The notes beneath the pieces are model-generated. The model saw nothing but the letters and a program-made list of their open reading frames with translations. It was not told where the DNA came from and searched no databases. Below are positions 8,782 through 18,178 of a DNA stretch of 64,000 bases, piece after piece. The DNA is from an uncultured delta proteobacterium. Its GTDB lineage: Bacteria > Bdellovibrionota > FAC87 > UBA2466. The translations under genes and the position numbers were made by a program. Numbering within the stretch: the first letter of the stretch is position 1; the number at the start of each line of letters is the position of its first letter. The stretch covers positions 2,144,001 to 2,208,000 of the forward strand of contig CAVZSV010000004.1 of assembly GCA_963778115.1 (NCBI GenBank), read 5' to 3'.

Positions 8782-9615
8782 ATGCAAACCACTAAAACGG
8801 ATCTACTGGACCTTTTGCATCGTAACGACCTGCTGAGTGCCGCCCTAATGGTCGGCAAAGTACAAAATCCGGACTTCGATCCGCAACCCTATATAGATCG
8901 CATTCTAGAGGTTGCGGCCCGTGCGTGGCAGCGGACCAATCGCTTTGGCGCCGACAATATTTTAAAAGCCGAGGCCATTAACTACACGCTGTTTAAGGAC
9001 TTTGCCCTCCAAGGCAAGACCGACAAGTACAAACAGGTGATCGACGATCCCAACTGTTATTACCTGCACATGGTGGTGGACAAAAAGAAGGGTTGCCCCC
9101 TTTCGATGTGCGTTCTGTATATGATTATGGCTCGGCAGCTAGGGCTTGAATGTGAATGTCTTGCTCTTCCTTCCTATTATCTGATCAAGGTTTCAGATGT
9201 CGCGACCGATTTTTACGTCGACCCTTTCGACCATGGCCGTTTCCTTAAACCCGAAGAGTTCCATCGAAAATTTCGAGTGAGCCTTGAAAAAAATCGGATG
9301 ATGAGTACCAACCTGTATGAAAAAATAACTCCTTTCCAAGCGGTCGCTCGTTTGGTGCAGCAACTTAAGCACGTCTACATTTTAAAGGGAGATGCCCTGA
9401 TAGCACTTAGGGCGGTAGAGTTACTTTCAGCACTTTTTCCGCAGTCCCCTGAAATTACTCGGGACCGAGGGATTCTCTACTGCGAAATGGAATATTTCTC
9501 CAAAGCCATCCAAGATCTAAAATATTACCTCGCTCAAAGACCTAATGCGGAGGATTTTCGGGAGATTAAGAAGCTGACTTCGATGCTTAAAGGGTATCGG
9601 GAGATTATGAATTAG
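8782..9615 (+). CDS. SirB1/YchA family protein (transglutaminase-like core plus TPR)
   Basis: DPNCYYLHMVVDKKKGCPLSM...Y, YVDPFDHGRFL, RDRGILY..M.....A.QDL.YYL...P.A.D. Confidence 0.85.
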   Translation: MQTTKTDLLDLLHRNDLLSAALMVGKVQNPDFDPQPYIDRILEVAARAWQRTNRFGADNILKAEAINYTLFKDFALQGKTDKYKQVIDDPNCYYLHMVVDKKKGCPLSMCVLYMIMARQLGLECECLALPSYYLIKVSDVATDFYVDPFDHGRFLKPEEFHRKFRVSLEKNRMMSTNLYEKITPFQAVARLVQQLKHVYILKGDALIALRAVELLSALFPQSPEITRDRGILYCEMEYFSKAIQDLKYYLAQRPNAEDFREIKKLTSMLKGYREIMN

Positions 9616-9636
9616 GCCTAACTGATAAAAAAGTCT

Positions 9637-9747
9637 CGCATTGCGAGGCGCAGCCGAAGCAACCTCTCAGTCATAACGGCGATGACTGAAAATATTTCGG
9701 CCAATATCTTTACCGGGTGCCACGTCGCTTCGCTCCTCGCCATGACG
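9637..9747. repeat. REP/RPE-like palindromic intergenic element (CATTGCGAG...CTCGCCATGAC termini)
   Basis: CATTGCGAGGCGCAGCCGAAGCAACC...GGGTGCCACGTCGCTTCGCTCCTCGCCATGAC between convergent genes; internal hairpin TCAGTCAT-N7-ATGACTGA; partial second copy at 55382-55414. Confidence 0.65.
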
Positions 9748-9762
9748 AACGAAGTTGATTAT

Positions 9763-10689
9763 CTAGCTCACCGTCTCTAAAACCCTCGCTGCAACCTTTC
9801 CCGCCGAAATTCCATACTTCTCATACAGCTCTTGCGCGGTTCCCGACTCACCATAGGTGTCCTGAACGCCTAGCCTTAATAATGGAGTAGAACAACCTGC
9901 GTCCGCTAATACCTCGGCAACCGAAGTTCCAAGACCTCCGATGATATTGTGATCCTCCACCGTCACTAAATGCTTACAGTGTTTGGCAAGCTTCATCACG
10001 AGTGCGGTATCGATTGGCTTGATGGTGTGGATATCGACCACCCACGGATTTAAGCCCGACAATTTTTCAGAAGCCTTCAAACACTCGGCAACCGTTGCGC
10101 CGCTAGCCAAGAAAGCAACTTGATTGCCTCCCTCTTTAAGCACAATTCCTTTCCACGGCTGAAACTCCGCTTCCGATTTATAGAGAGCAGGAAGTTTTTG
10201 ACGAGTCAGTCTAAGGTAGACTGGGCCTACGTGCTTGGCGGCAAAGCGAACCGCCGCGCGAGTGGTAACGTCATCACTGGGCTGGATAATCGTCATACCG
10301 GGGAGTGCGCGAAGAACGTTAATATCTTCCAACGCCATTTGAGTATAACCGTCTTCCCCGGTTCCTAAACCGGAGTGAGTTCCCACAATCTTTACGTTTG
10401 CTTTAGAGTAACCCACCGACACGCGGATGGTTTCGTACCGGCCCGCGACAAAACATCCGAAACTGCAGGCAAAAGGAATAAAACCGGTGAATGCCAAACC
10501 AGCGGCCGTCCCGACCATATTCTGTTCGGCGATTCCCATTTGGAAAAAGCGCTCAGGATAGGCTTTTCCAAAATGGGCACTCTTGGTGCTGACACTTAAG
10601 TCCGCATCTAACACCACCAGGTTAGGAATTTCAGCTCCCAAATCCTTTAGGACCTCACCGAATGAGTCTCGTGTTGCTTTTTCACTCAT
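9763..10689 (-). CDS. transketolase, C-terminal (pyrimidine-binding) subunit
   Basis: ATRDSFG, LDADLSVST, GIAEQNM, GEDGYTQMALED, VEDHNIIGGLG; ATGA overlap with the N-terminal subunit. Confidence 0.93.
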   Translation of the reverse strand: MSEKATRDSFGEVLKDLGAEIPNLVVLDADLSVSTKSAHFGKAYPERFFQMGIAEQNMVGTAAGLAFTGFIPFACSFGCFVAGRYETIRVSVGYSKANVKIVGTHSGLGTGEDGYTQMALEDINVLRALPGMTIIQPSDDVTTRAAVRFAAKHVGPVYLRLTRQKLPALYKSEAEFQPWKGIVLKEGGNQVAFLASGATVAECLKASEKLSGLNPWVVDIHTIKPIDTALVMKLAKHCKHLVTVEDHNIIGGLGTSVAEVLADAGCSTPLLRLGVQDTYGESGTAQELYEKYGISAGKVAARVLETVS

Positions 10690-11522
10690 ACGGCTTTTCC
10701 TTTCTCAAGTTCCGCGATCGCCTTTTCCGCTTCCGCTTTACTGGGTGCTGTCCCATGCCAGCCAATATTATTTTCCATGAAAGAGACCCCTTTTCCTTTC
10801 ACGGTACGCGCAATAATAAGGCTCGGCTTCGAAGTCTCTTGTTTCGCCTTCGCGATGGAGTCAAGAATTTGCCCGAAATCATGCCCGTTGATATCTTGTA
10901 CCGCCCAATTGAACGATCGCCATTTATCGGCAAGGGGTTCCAAATTCATCACATCGGCGACACGTCCGTCGATCTGCCCATTATTGTTATCCAAGAATAC
11001 GATGAGATTATTCAGCTTATATTTGGGTGCCGACATCGCCGTTTCCCAGATCTGGCCTTCCTGGGTCTCTCCGTCTCCCATGAGACAAAAGACGCGAGCC
11101 GATCTTTTCTGAAGTTTAAGACCAAGAGCTATTCCCTGGGCGATGGAAAGCCCCTGCCCTAAGGAACCCGTGGAAGCTTCCACTACCGGCATGATCACTC
11201 GATCGGGATGCCCCTGGAGTTTTGAGTTTATGTGGCGAAGTGTCCACAAATCATCCCGAGATATCACCCCTTTTCGGGCAAGTACCGAATAAAGGGCCGG
11301 AACTCCATGGCCTTTGGATAGGATGAACCGATCCCTGTCCTCCCAAAAAGGATTCTTGGGATCCATCTTTATTTCATGGAAAAAGAGGCTCACGATGATG
11401 TCGATGGCCGAAAGGGAACCGCCTGGATGGCCGCTGCCCGCCAGTTGAATCATACGAATGATGTCAACCCGGCACTCGGTCGCAAGCGCCGATAGCTCTT
11501 GAATTGAAGGATTTTCTGGCAT
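10686..11522 (-). CDS. transketolase, N-terminal (TPP-binding) subunit
   Basis: SGHPGGSLS, DRFILSKGH, LQGHP, STGSLGQG, GDGETQEG, TVKGKG. Confidence 0.95.
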   Translation of the reverse strand: MPENPSIQELSALATECRVDIIRMIQLAGSGHPGGSLSAIDIIVSLFFHEIKMDPKNPFWEDRDRFILSKGHGVPALYSVLARKGVISRDDLWTLRHINSKLQGHPDRVIMPVVEASTGSLGQGLSIAQGIALGLKLQKRSARVFCLMGDGETQEGQIWETAMSAPKYKLNNLIVFLDNNNGQIDGRVADVMNLEPLADKWRSFNWAVQDINGHDFGQILDSIAKAKQETSKPSLIIARTVKGKGVSFMENNIGWHGTAPSKAEAEKAIAELEKGKAV

Positions 11523-11606
11523 GGGTTCTTATAACCCGCGTTCCCGGCCCGAGGCAACCCCTGACGCTTGCGGTTTTTGAGCATTTTGGTTAGGTTGCAA
11601 CCCGCG

Positions 11607-12368
11607 ATGACACGTTTTTTTAATGGTTTTGCGGGACTTTGTGCGGTGCTCCTTGTTGGGGTTATCCTAACCGGCTATTTCAGGCAGGCTCTGGGCATTT
11701 CGATTGCTCAACACATGCTGTTCGGATTGCTGACCGCCATCCTCTGTGTGTCTCTTCACTGTCTTATTTTCGCTATTTTTACGGGCTCTGGAAAAGATAC
11801 CAGGCTCTTGTCTGAAGATCTGCACCTTGATCCCTCCTTCTTAAAACGCGCCAAAGCCTTCAAACGCGATATTTTCCCCCCGGCTCTTTACGCGATTTTC
11901 TTTTTGATCGTCACCACCTCTTTCGGAGGGCTGGCCGCTGCACGGGGGACCCAAGGTTGGCTTATCGCGCATATCGCGGCGGTCTGGATAACGGCGGTTT
12001 ATAATTGGCGGGTTCTTTTTAAGGAAGCCATCGGCGTTAGGGCCAATTCACTTCTCATTGAAGAGGTGAATCGGGCTGCCCTGCTGGTGAAGCCGTTAGC
12101 TCATTCCGAAGACACTTCGAACGAAGTCCTTCCGGGAGCCATCGAAAATCTCTCTTGGGGTGTGCACGTCTACGCTTTAGGAAAGTTCCTTGTCTTTCTT
12201 GGCTACAATACGTGGCTTCCCTATCTGTACTTTCGATATATCATGGGTTTACTTACGACACCTTTTTTGCCGTTTTTCGCGGTGAGTGCGATCTTTTTTG
12301 CTGGGGGCTATTATCTTCGTTTTCGCTATCGTCGTTTTCGTCCTGGAGGGGGACCATTGACGGCATAG
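11607..12368 (+). CDS. hypothetical integral membrane protein (about 6 TM)
   Basis: multiple hydrophobic segments, several His in TM regions; start moved to ATG 11607. Confidence 0.7.
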   Translation: MTRFFNGFAGLCAVLLVGVILTGYFRQALGISIAQHMLFGLLTAILCVSLHCLIFAIFTGSGKDTRLLSEDLHLDPSFLKRAKAFKRDIFPPALYAIFFLIVTTSFGGLAAARGTQGWLIAHIAAVWITAVYNWRVLFKEAIGVRANSLLIEEVNRAALLVKPLAHSEDTSNEVLPGAIENLSWGVHVYALGKFLVFLGYNTWLPYLYFRYIMGLLTTPFLPFFAVSAIFFAGGYYLRFRYRRFRPGGGPLTA

Positions 12369-13722
12369 AGTTGGAGGCGGCCGGCTCAGACGTGGCGGAA
12401 GATGTCATCGAGACCGACGAATTTGATCTGCTGGGTGGTGTGCCACGCTTCGACGTTGCATCCCGGAGAGTCCCGGAGTTCGTCACAGACGCCGCTTCCT
12501 TAGGCATCAAATCTTTCAATTTCACCATTAGCAGCTCGAGTTTCCTTTGAACCCCCGCGGCTCCGGGTTGGGCCTTGCGGTACTCCACTACTAACTTGAT
12601 AAGTAAGTATTGTTCTTCCACCGGCACGGTCATGACCTTCGCTAATCGGATAATGGAATCATACGGAGTGGCTCCCAACCAATCGGCGGAGAGGGATCGA
12701 TCGCGCGATAAAACCTCTTTGACAAACAGAGCACACTCTTCGGTGTGAAGCCGAATGAACGTGGGGCTCATGAATTTGAAAGCGAGCGCTATCTGAGCAT
12801 CGCTTAATAGGTTCACCCGATTAAAGAGTAATTTGTAGAGTTTCAGCTTCAACCTATCATTATACGGATTAATTTCGAGAAGCTCCGTCCACTGTTGAAA
12901 AGGGGAAAGAACGGGATGGATCTGCCCCGGAGTCGTAAAACGGCTCCAGTAAAGAAATTCACTTCGTGTGTGGAGATGGCCGGGCCAGCGTTGAGCGGTG
13001 CGAAGAACTATCGCCAAAAACATTCCTGAGGCAAATCCAAATACGTGAGCCAAATGGTCTACGTTATCCATCCGGTGAGGTAAGAACTGTGCCGCAGAAA
13101 GCACTAGCTCCAAGAGAATAGCGTCCAAAAAGAAGAAAGAGGAAGTTCTGAGCGAGACCATTCGTTGCCGGCTAGGAAACCAAAAAAAGTATCGGGTCCG
13201 GAATCGGAAATTATAAATATAATAAGTACCCATCAGAGCGAAGATTCCACCGCTAGCTCCCACGTGCGGAACGTAGGCGGCTCCTTTAGAGGACAGTAAA
13301 AGGCTCATAAAGATTCCAAAGCTGCCACCCAAAACGAAAATAGAAAGAGAGCAGAGAAAAGGGATGAAGGTCGCGCAAATTCTTGCCCCGGCGAAAGCGC
13401 CAATTAGATTTAGCAGTAAATGGATCGGGCTTCCGTGGATAAAGTTAGCAAATAGAATTCGTTTGAGGTCCCAGTCAGCGGGTGAAGGGGAGATCTTAAG
13501 CAAAGGGCGTTGTTGAAGATACGCCTCCGCCCCGGGTTTCAGCCCATTATTTCCGTCGGAGGCCACCGCATAAAGATTATCTACGAAAGCCGTATCGGCA
13601 TCTAAGACACCCGATGTCTCCAAATAACAAAGACTCAAAATAATAACGAGCACAAGTCCCTGCCAGATTTGGCGGGAGTGAATTTTAGGAACTTCAGGCG
13701 ATGTGGGTACCAATAAAATCAT
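12253..13722 (-). CDS. rhomboid family intramembrane serine protease with helical C-terminal domain
   Basis: FIHGSPIHLLLN, VGASGG (catalytic Ser), DHLAHVFGF (catalytic His). Confidence 0.88.
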   Translation of the reverse strand: MILLVPTSPEVPKIHSRQIWQGLVLVIILSLCYLETSGVLDADTAFVDNLYAVASDGNNGLKPGAEAYLQQRPLLKISPSPADWDLKRILFANFIHGSPIHLLLNLIGAFAGARICATFIPFLCSLSIFVLGGSFGIFMSLLLSSKGAAYVPHVGASGGIFALMGTYYIYNFRFRTRYFFWFPSRQRMVSLRTSSFFFLDAILLELVLSAAQFLPHRMDNVDHLAHVFGFASGMFLAIVLRTAQRWPGHLHTRSEFLYWSRFTTPGQIHPVLSPFQQWTELLEINPYNDRLKLKLYKLLFNRVNLLSDAQIALAFKFMSPTFIRLHTEECALFVKEVLSRDRSLSADWLGATPYDSIIRLAKVMTVPVEEQYLLIKLVVEYRKAQPGAAGVQRKLELLMVKLKDLMPKEAASVTNSGTLRDATSKRGTPPSRSNSSVSMTSSATSEPAASNSMPSMVPLQDENDDSENEDNSPQQKRSHSPRKTAKKVS

Positions 13723-13725
13723 GAT

Positions 13726-14256
13726 TTATTGACGCACCTTTTTTACAGTACTTCCGCTAATGAGATCTTGAACTGCTAAGCGATCGGCTCGAAAGGCGGC
13801 CAAGGCCCATCCGATCCCGGCGCTGGCGCCTCCAAGAACGATTTTTCCTATAACCTCTCGAAATAAGGTCCGCGGAAGCGACAAATTACTACCGGTCTTT
13901 CCGTCCACTATGCGTAAACCTAGAAGAATCTTTCCAAAGCTGCCCCCGAAACGAAACGTTGCCCATACGTCGATGATATAAAAAGACATTGCTTTGACGA
14001 CAAAACTGAACATTAGAAGACCTGTTTCGACTTGGGCGGCGGGATAATGCGACGTTAAGATTCCTCCTGAGGCTCTTGCGATGCGTTCCATTGCCGTTAT
14101 CACCAAGAAGATTAAAATGGCGTCGAGAAGAACCGCCGCACTTCGAGTAACAAGATCGGCATCCGGACAATCTAAATAATGCTCATCTTCCGCTTCCGCT
14201 AGGGTTTCCGAGACCGAACGTCTGCGGGTCTGTTTTTTTTGGACGTAATGTCCCAT
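13726..14256 (-). CDS. RDD family membrane protein
   Basis: R.AA.LLD, GGSFGKILLGLRIV, R.A.QDLISGSTV. Confidence 0.88.
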   Translation of the reverse strand: MGHYVQKKQTRRRSVSETLAEAEDEHYLDCPDADLVTRSAAVLLDAILIFLVITAMERIARASGGILTSHYPAAQVETGLLMFSFVVKAMSFYIIDVWATFRFGGSFGKILLGLRIVDGKTGSNLSLPRTLFREVIGKIVLGGASAGIGWALAAFRADRLAVQDLISGSTVKKVRQ

Positions 14257-14276
14257 AACGGTTCCCAGTAAAAATA

Positions 14277-16085
14277 TTATGCGACTTGTTCCACTTCGCC
14301 CGTCTTGGATTCATCCGTCTTTATTGCTTGGATCAAGACAAATAATCTTTCGACGTCAGATTCCACGACACTTAGATGCGCGGCCGAGAATTCCGACCCG
14401 ACTCCCATAGCTTTTGAGGAAAGTGCTTGCAGTCGAAAAAGACGAAATGAGGTCTCATACCACTGCTCGCGGGTTAACCCCATTACCCGCAAATATTTGA
14501 TTAAGGAAAAGTCGCCGATAGACTCTTCTTGCGCGAAGAAAAGTAAACATACTCCTAAGTCCATCAATGTTGGCTTAAGTTTCGAAAATTCGCGCGTGGC
14601 AAAGAGGTATCGCAAGGAATTGATCACAGAGGATTCTGGAAAGCGTTTTTCCCAAAGCCATTCGGAATGGTTTAGGACCACTTCCGTTAAGCCCGACTTA
14701 AGGGCCGGGTGCAGCGAGAAGCTGGAAGCTTTATCGTCAAGAAGGCTCCTGATGGCGACATCTCGAAAGTTCCAAAATTGTTTTAAGATGTCTTTAAACT
14801 GTTCACCGAGTTCCGCCTCAAGTGCTGAACAATAACTCTGTGCGATCAATTTATCTAAATGGACTTGGGGAAGGGGAAACTTTTGATCTAGACTCAAGAA
14901 TCGGAAAAAGTGGGCTAGTTTCCAATATTGCTTTCCTAAATCCGTCGTAGCGGGACCCGCGGGTATATCCGTGGGGAAACTCTTCGTTTCAAAAGCCTCT
15001 TGCCGAAGGGTCAGCTCTTGCACGTCGCCGTCGCTTAGCCTCTGTTCATGAACAGAACTCTCTACCTCAGGGAGGCTGTTATCTACTAACGCCTTGTCTT
15101 CAAGGGCCACCGGATGGATACCGCTTACCGTTTGTTCGCAGACAAGGGGAGATATCATGGTTTGCGAAATTTCGTCTGCGGTCTGAGGGAGCGGCAACAG
15201 TTCTTGCTTTGGAGGGGCAACTTCAGCCTGAGCGGTGTCGGATGACTCGACGTTTTTGGGCGTTTCCCACTGCCCCACAGGTTTTTCTTTTGTCTCAAAC
15301 CAACCGGGAGTTTGAATCGAAGCGGTGTTACTCGTTTGCTGGTCGTTAGTGTGTTCGGAAGCAAAACTATCAAGAGCGGCATTGAGTTCCGCTAAATCGT
15401 GGTCTTCACTCTCCACTAAATTTGCTGGCGCTGGGGAAGGCGTCTTCTCCGAAAAAAGCTCGTCTTTAAGTCCATGGGATTCGACAGGCTCCGGGATGGG
15501 TGTGAACCCATGTAATGGCGTAATGTCATCTTCATCTTCAATTTCGGCTTCCGGATTTTCTTCTCCGAGAAAGAAGTCGGAGACTGAGTTTTGAGGCAAT
15601 TCATCTTCTTCATATTCTTTTGGCTCATATTCCTTTGACTCATTCGCCTGATGCTCCTCACCTAAGCGTGGCCAATCCTCTTGCGCTTGTGGGGCAGAAA
15701 AGGGTTCACTTGCAGGCGAAGAGTTAAACTCCGTGGGGTTGGCAAAGCCGTCGCTCGTGGATGCGGCCCGCGTTGCTTCGGCAGAGACTCGGGAAATCAA
15801 TTCCGTTTTCTGCTCCCTTTGGCGCAGATCCATTAGCGTCCGATTCGTAAAGTCTTCTAAATTTTCGATTTCGAGCTGTTGTAATAGAAGACAGAAAAGT
15901 TCATTACACTTTTGAATACTCTCTGCGTGCGAAGCGGCCGTTCCTTCGTCGTTCTCGTCCTTTTCCATGAAAAGGAGGTCTCCTATCTCACCGATAGTAA
16001 GAGCTTCAAAATTATGGTCATGCGCGAACGATTCTTGAAGCAGGCTATCTATCATTGGATTTAGCGTGTTCGGTGAGTGGCTCAT
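14277..16085 (-). CDS. hypothetical protein: helical N-terminus, long acidic low-complexity middle, globular C-terminal domain
   Basis: 602-aa ORF, E/D/P/S-rich central region, operonic spacing with neighbours. Confidence 0.75.
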   Translation of the reverse strand: MSHSPNTLNPMIDSLLQESFAHDHNFEALTIGEIGDLLFMEKDENDEGTAASHAESIQKCNELFCLLLQQLEIENLEDFTNRTLMDLRQREQKTELISRVSAEATRAASTSDGFANPTEFNSSPASEPFSAPQAQEDWPRLGEEHQANESKEYEPKEYEEDELPQNSVSDFFLGEENPEAEIEDEDDITPLHGFTPIPEPVESHGLKDELFSEKTPSPAPANLVESEDHDLAELNAALDSFASEHTNDQQTSNTASIQTPGWFETKEKPVGQWETPKNVESSDTAQAEVAPPKQELLPLPQTADEISQTMISPLVCEQTVSGIHPVALEDKALVDNSLPEVESSVHEQRLSDGDVQELTLRQEAFETKSFPTDIPAGPATTDLGKQYWKLAHFFRFLSLDQKFPLPQVHLDKLIAQSYCSALEAELGEQFKDILKQFWNFRDVAIRSLLDDKASSFSLHPALKSGLTEVVLNHSEWLWEKRFPESSVINSLRYLFATREFSKLKPTLMDLGVCLLFFAQEESIGDFSLIKYLRVMGLTREQWYETSFRLFRLQALSSKAMGVGSEFSAAHLSVVESDVERLFVLIQAIKTDESKTGEVEQVA

Positions 16086-16086
16086 A

Positions 16087-16368
16087 TTACTGCCTCACTT
16101 TACAGTTAACGCGGAGTTGATTGAGTACATCCCGCTTAATGCTGGTCATCCATTGGACCAGCTGTTTCTCTTCCAGATTCTTATTTCGACTGATCTCGGC
16201 GACGCTCATTCCCGCCAAGAACAGTTGAAAAATCTCCCGGCTTTGCTGATCGAGGCCTTCAATCGCATTGTCGAACCGAGAAAATACTTCTGCGGTCGCT
16301 TCCTCAAGGGTTGCGGTCTCGAGCAACTTTTCCACGTCTTTAGTAAGAGATGAGTCCCGTTTCTTCAT
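16087..16368 (-). CDS. small stand-alone sigma-70 region-4-like HTH protein
   Basis: AIEGLDQQSREIFQLFLAGMSVAEISRNKNL resembles sigma r4/LuxR-type HTH; GGGAG RBS before ATG 16368. Confidence 0.6.
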   Translation of the reverse strand: MKKRDSSLTKDVEKLLETATLEEATAEVFSRFDNAIEGLDQQSREIFQLFLAGMSVAEISRNKNLEEKQLVQWMTSIKRDVLNQLRVNCKVRQ

Positions 16369-16445
16369 AAACTCCCGCTTCTTTGTCAAAGCTTTGCTAG
16401 GTTCCGTAAGCTATCTTCGATAGCTGACTACTCTGGCTATGACAC

Positions 16446-16472
16446 CTATCGTCATGTTTGACGCGGGGCTTA
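16446..16472 (-). promoter_or_regulatory. putative sigma-28 (FliA)-type promoter
   Basis: minus strand TAAG-N15-GACGATAG. Confidence 0.45.
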
Positions 16473-16532
16473 ACCAAAAAATTGGTTTTTGTGCCCAGAT
16501 GTGCTAAAGTAGCGAACTCTTTAAGGAAAGAT

Positions 16533-17330
16533 ATGTACTTCCAATGGCTTAAGAGACATAAGAATTCACCTCGAATAACCCTCTCCTGGGCTTTGCTCCT
16601 GGTCGTACTTTCTACGCTGATCCTAAGATGTTCCGGCAAAGAGGCCTCCTCCGATGATCCTGACGCTCTTTTCCGTGAAGCTGAAGACGCTCTCAAAGAC
16701 GAGCACTACGTCGCTGCTTTAGAAAAGTTCCGCGATATCAAGAACCGCTTTCCTTACAGTTCGCGGGCCACCGATGCGGAGTTGAGAATTGCCGATACTT
16801 ATTTTGAGCAAGAGAGCTATCTAGAGGCCGAGAGCGCTTACGAAATATTTCGCGAACTTCATCCCACCAACCCCAAGATCGATTACGTGCAGTACCGGAT
16901 TGGCCTTTCGTACTATAAGCAAATTCCGGATAACAGCTCTCGAGATCTTACAGCGGCGTATCATGCTATCGAAGCTTTTGAGACCTTAGGAGAAAAGTAT
17001 CCTTCCTCAGAATATAACGCGAAGGGAAAAGAGTTTGTTATTGAAGCGCGCAAAAGATTAGCCGAGCACGAGGAGTATGTGGCTGACTTTTATTTCCGAC
17101 GAAAGCATTACCTCTCAGCTTCGTATCGTTACAGCGCGTTGCTCAAGGATTTCGCTCAACTAGGTTATGACGAAGAGGCGCTTTACCGGTTGGGACAGTC
17201 CTACTTAAATATTCGTATGTACCCCAATGCCAAAGACGCGTTTCAAAGGCTTCTCAGCGAATACCCCAACTCGAATCTAAAATCGGATGCCGAGGGGGCT
17301 CTCCAGGAAATGGCGAAAGCCTCTCCATAA
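16533..17330 (+). CDS. bamD: outer membrane protein assembly factor BamD (lipoprotein)
   Basis: hydrophobic signal ending LILRC, RFPYS, LHPTNPKIDYV.Y, RDLT.A..A, LAEHE.YVADFY; AAGGA RBS before 16533. Confidence 0.92.
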   Translation: MYFQWLKRHKNSPRITLSWALLLVVLSTLILRCSGKEASSDDPDALFREAEDALKDEHYVAALEKFRDIKNRFPYSSRATDAELRIADTYFEQESYLEAESAYEIFRELHPTNPKIDYVQYRIGLSYYKQIPDNSSRDLTAAYHAIEAFETLGEKYPSSEYNAKGKEFVIEARKRLAEHEEYVADFYFRRKHYLSASYRYSALLKDFAQLGYDEEALYRLGQSYLNIRMYPNAKDAFQRLLSEYPNSNLKSDAEGALQEMAKASP

Positions 17331-17387
17331 GTCGGTAATAACACCCTTGGTTTCCGCGCTACCGTTCCCGAGCGCTTTCAGACTATA

Positions 17388-18131
17388 ATGGGGACGATGG
17401 ATGTCAGAGCTACTACCGTTGAAGACTTGCTCCGGCTTGCCCGAGAGGACCTGGCGAGGAACAGCCTTTCGTCGGCCGAAAAAAGTCTCGAGCAGGCGAT
17501 TCTCCTGAATAATCAGGTCCCCGATGCTTTTCACCTTTTGGGTTATGTTTACTCTAAACGAGGAAAATTTAAAAAAGCCATTATGGCTTTTGAAAGAGCC
17601 CTAGCGCTGGATCCTTTTCATACCGAAGCCGCCATTGCCTTAAGTAGTCTCTATAATGACGTGGGAAAGTATAAGGAAGGGGCCCAGGTTTTTTACAAAA
17701 CCAAGAAGCGACTCGATCGGACCTTGCCCGGCTACGATCCGCGCATCAATACGAGTTTGGCGAAGCGGCATTATGAGATGGGCCTTTTCTATATGCGGTT
17801 CGAACGTTTCCAAGAGGCCTATCATGAATTTTCTAAAGCGCTAAATCTTGAGCCCGATAATATTGTTAATGCCGTTCAAATGGCCAAGTGCCTCTCTAAG
17901 ACCGGCGACAAGGAAGCCGCGATTAACCTCCTTCGCAAAAGCTTAAATTCAAATCCCAAGTGTGTGGAAGCCAAGGTACAACTCGGCGTTCTGTATCATG
18001 CTCAGCAAAAATTGCGGGAAGCGCATCGAGAATGGCAAGAAGCGATGTCGTTGGATCCAGAGAATAAATCAGCTCAGATGTACCTGTCTATGTTGGAGAC
18101 GGAGTCCAATCCCCGAGAGCATTCCCAATAG
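17388..18131 (+). CDS. tetratricopeptide repeat protein
   Basis: multiple TPR motifs (A...LG.VY...G....A...FERAL.LDP); start may be ATG 17397. Confidence 0.85.
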   Translation: MGTMDVRATTVEDLLRLAREDLARNSLSSAEKSLEQAILLNNQVPDAFHLLGYVYSKRGKFKKAIMAFERALALDPFHTEAAIALSSLYNDVGKYKEGAQVFYKTKKRLDRTLPGYDPRINTSLAKRHYEMGLFYMRFERFQEAYHEFSKALNLEPDNIVNAVQMAKCLSKTGDKEAAINLLRKSLNSNPKCVEAKVQLGVLYHAQQKLREAHREWQEAMSLDPENKSAQMYLSMLETESNPREHSQ

Positions 18132-18178
18132 CTTGTCGAAAAGATCCGATTATGGTTGGGTGGTTTCTGAGAGGTCAT

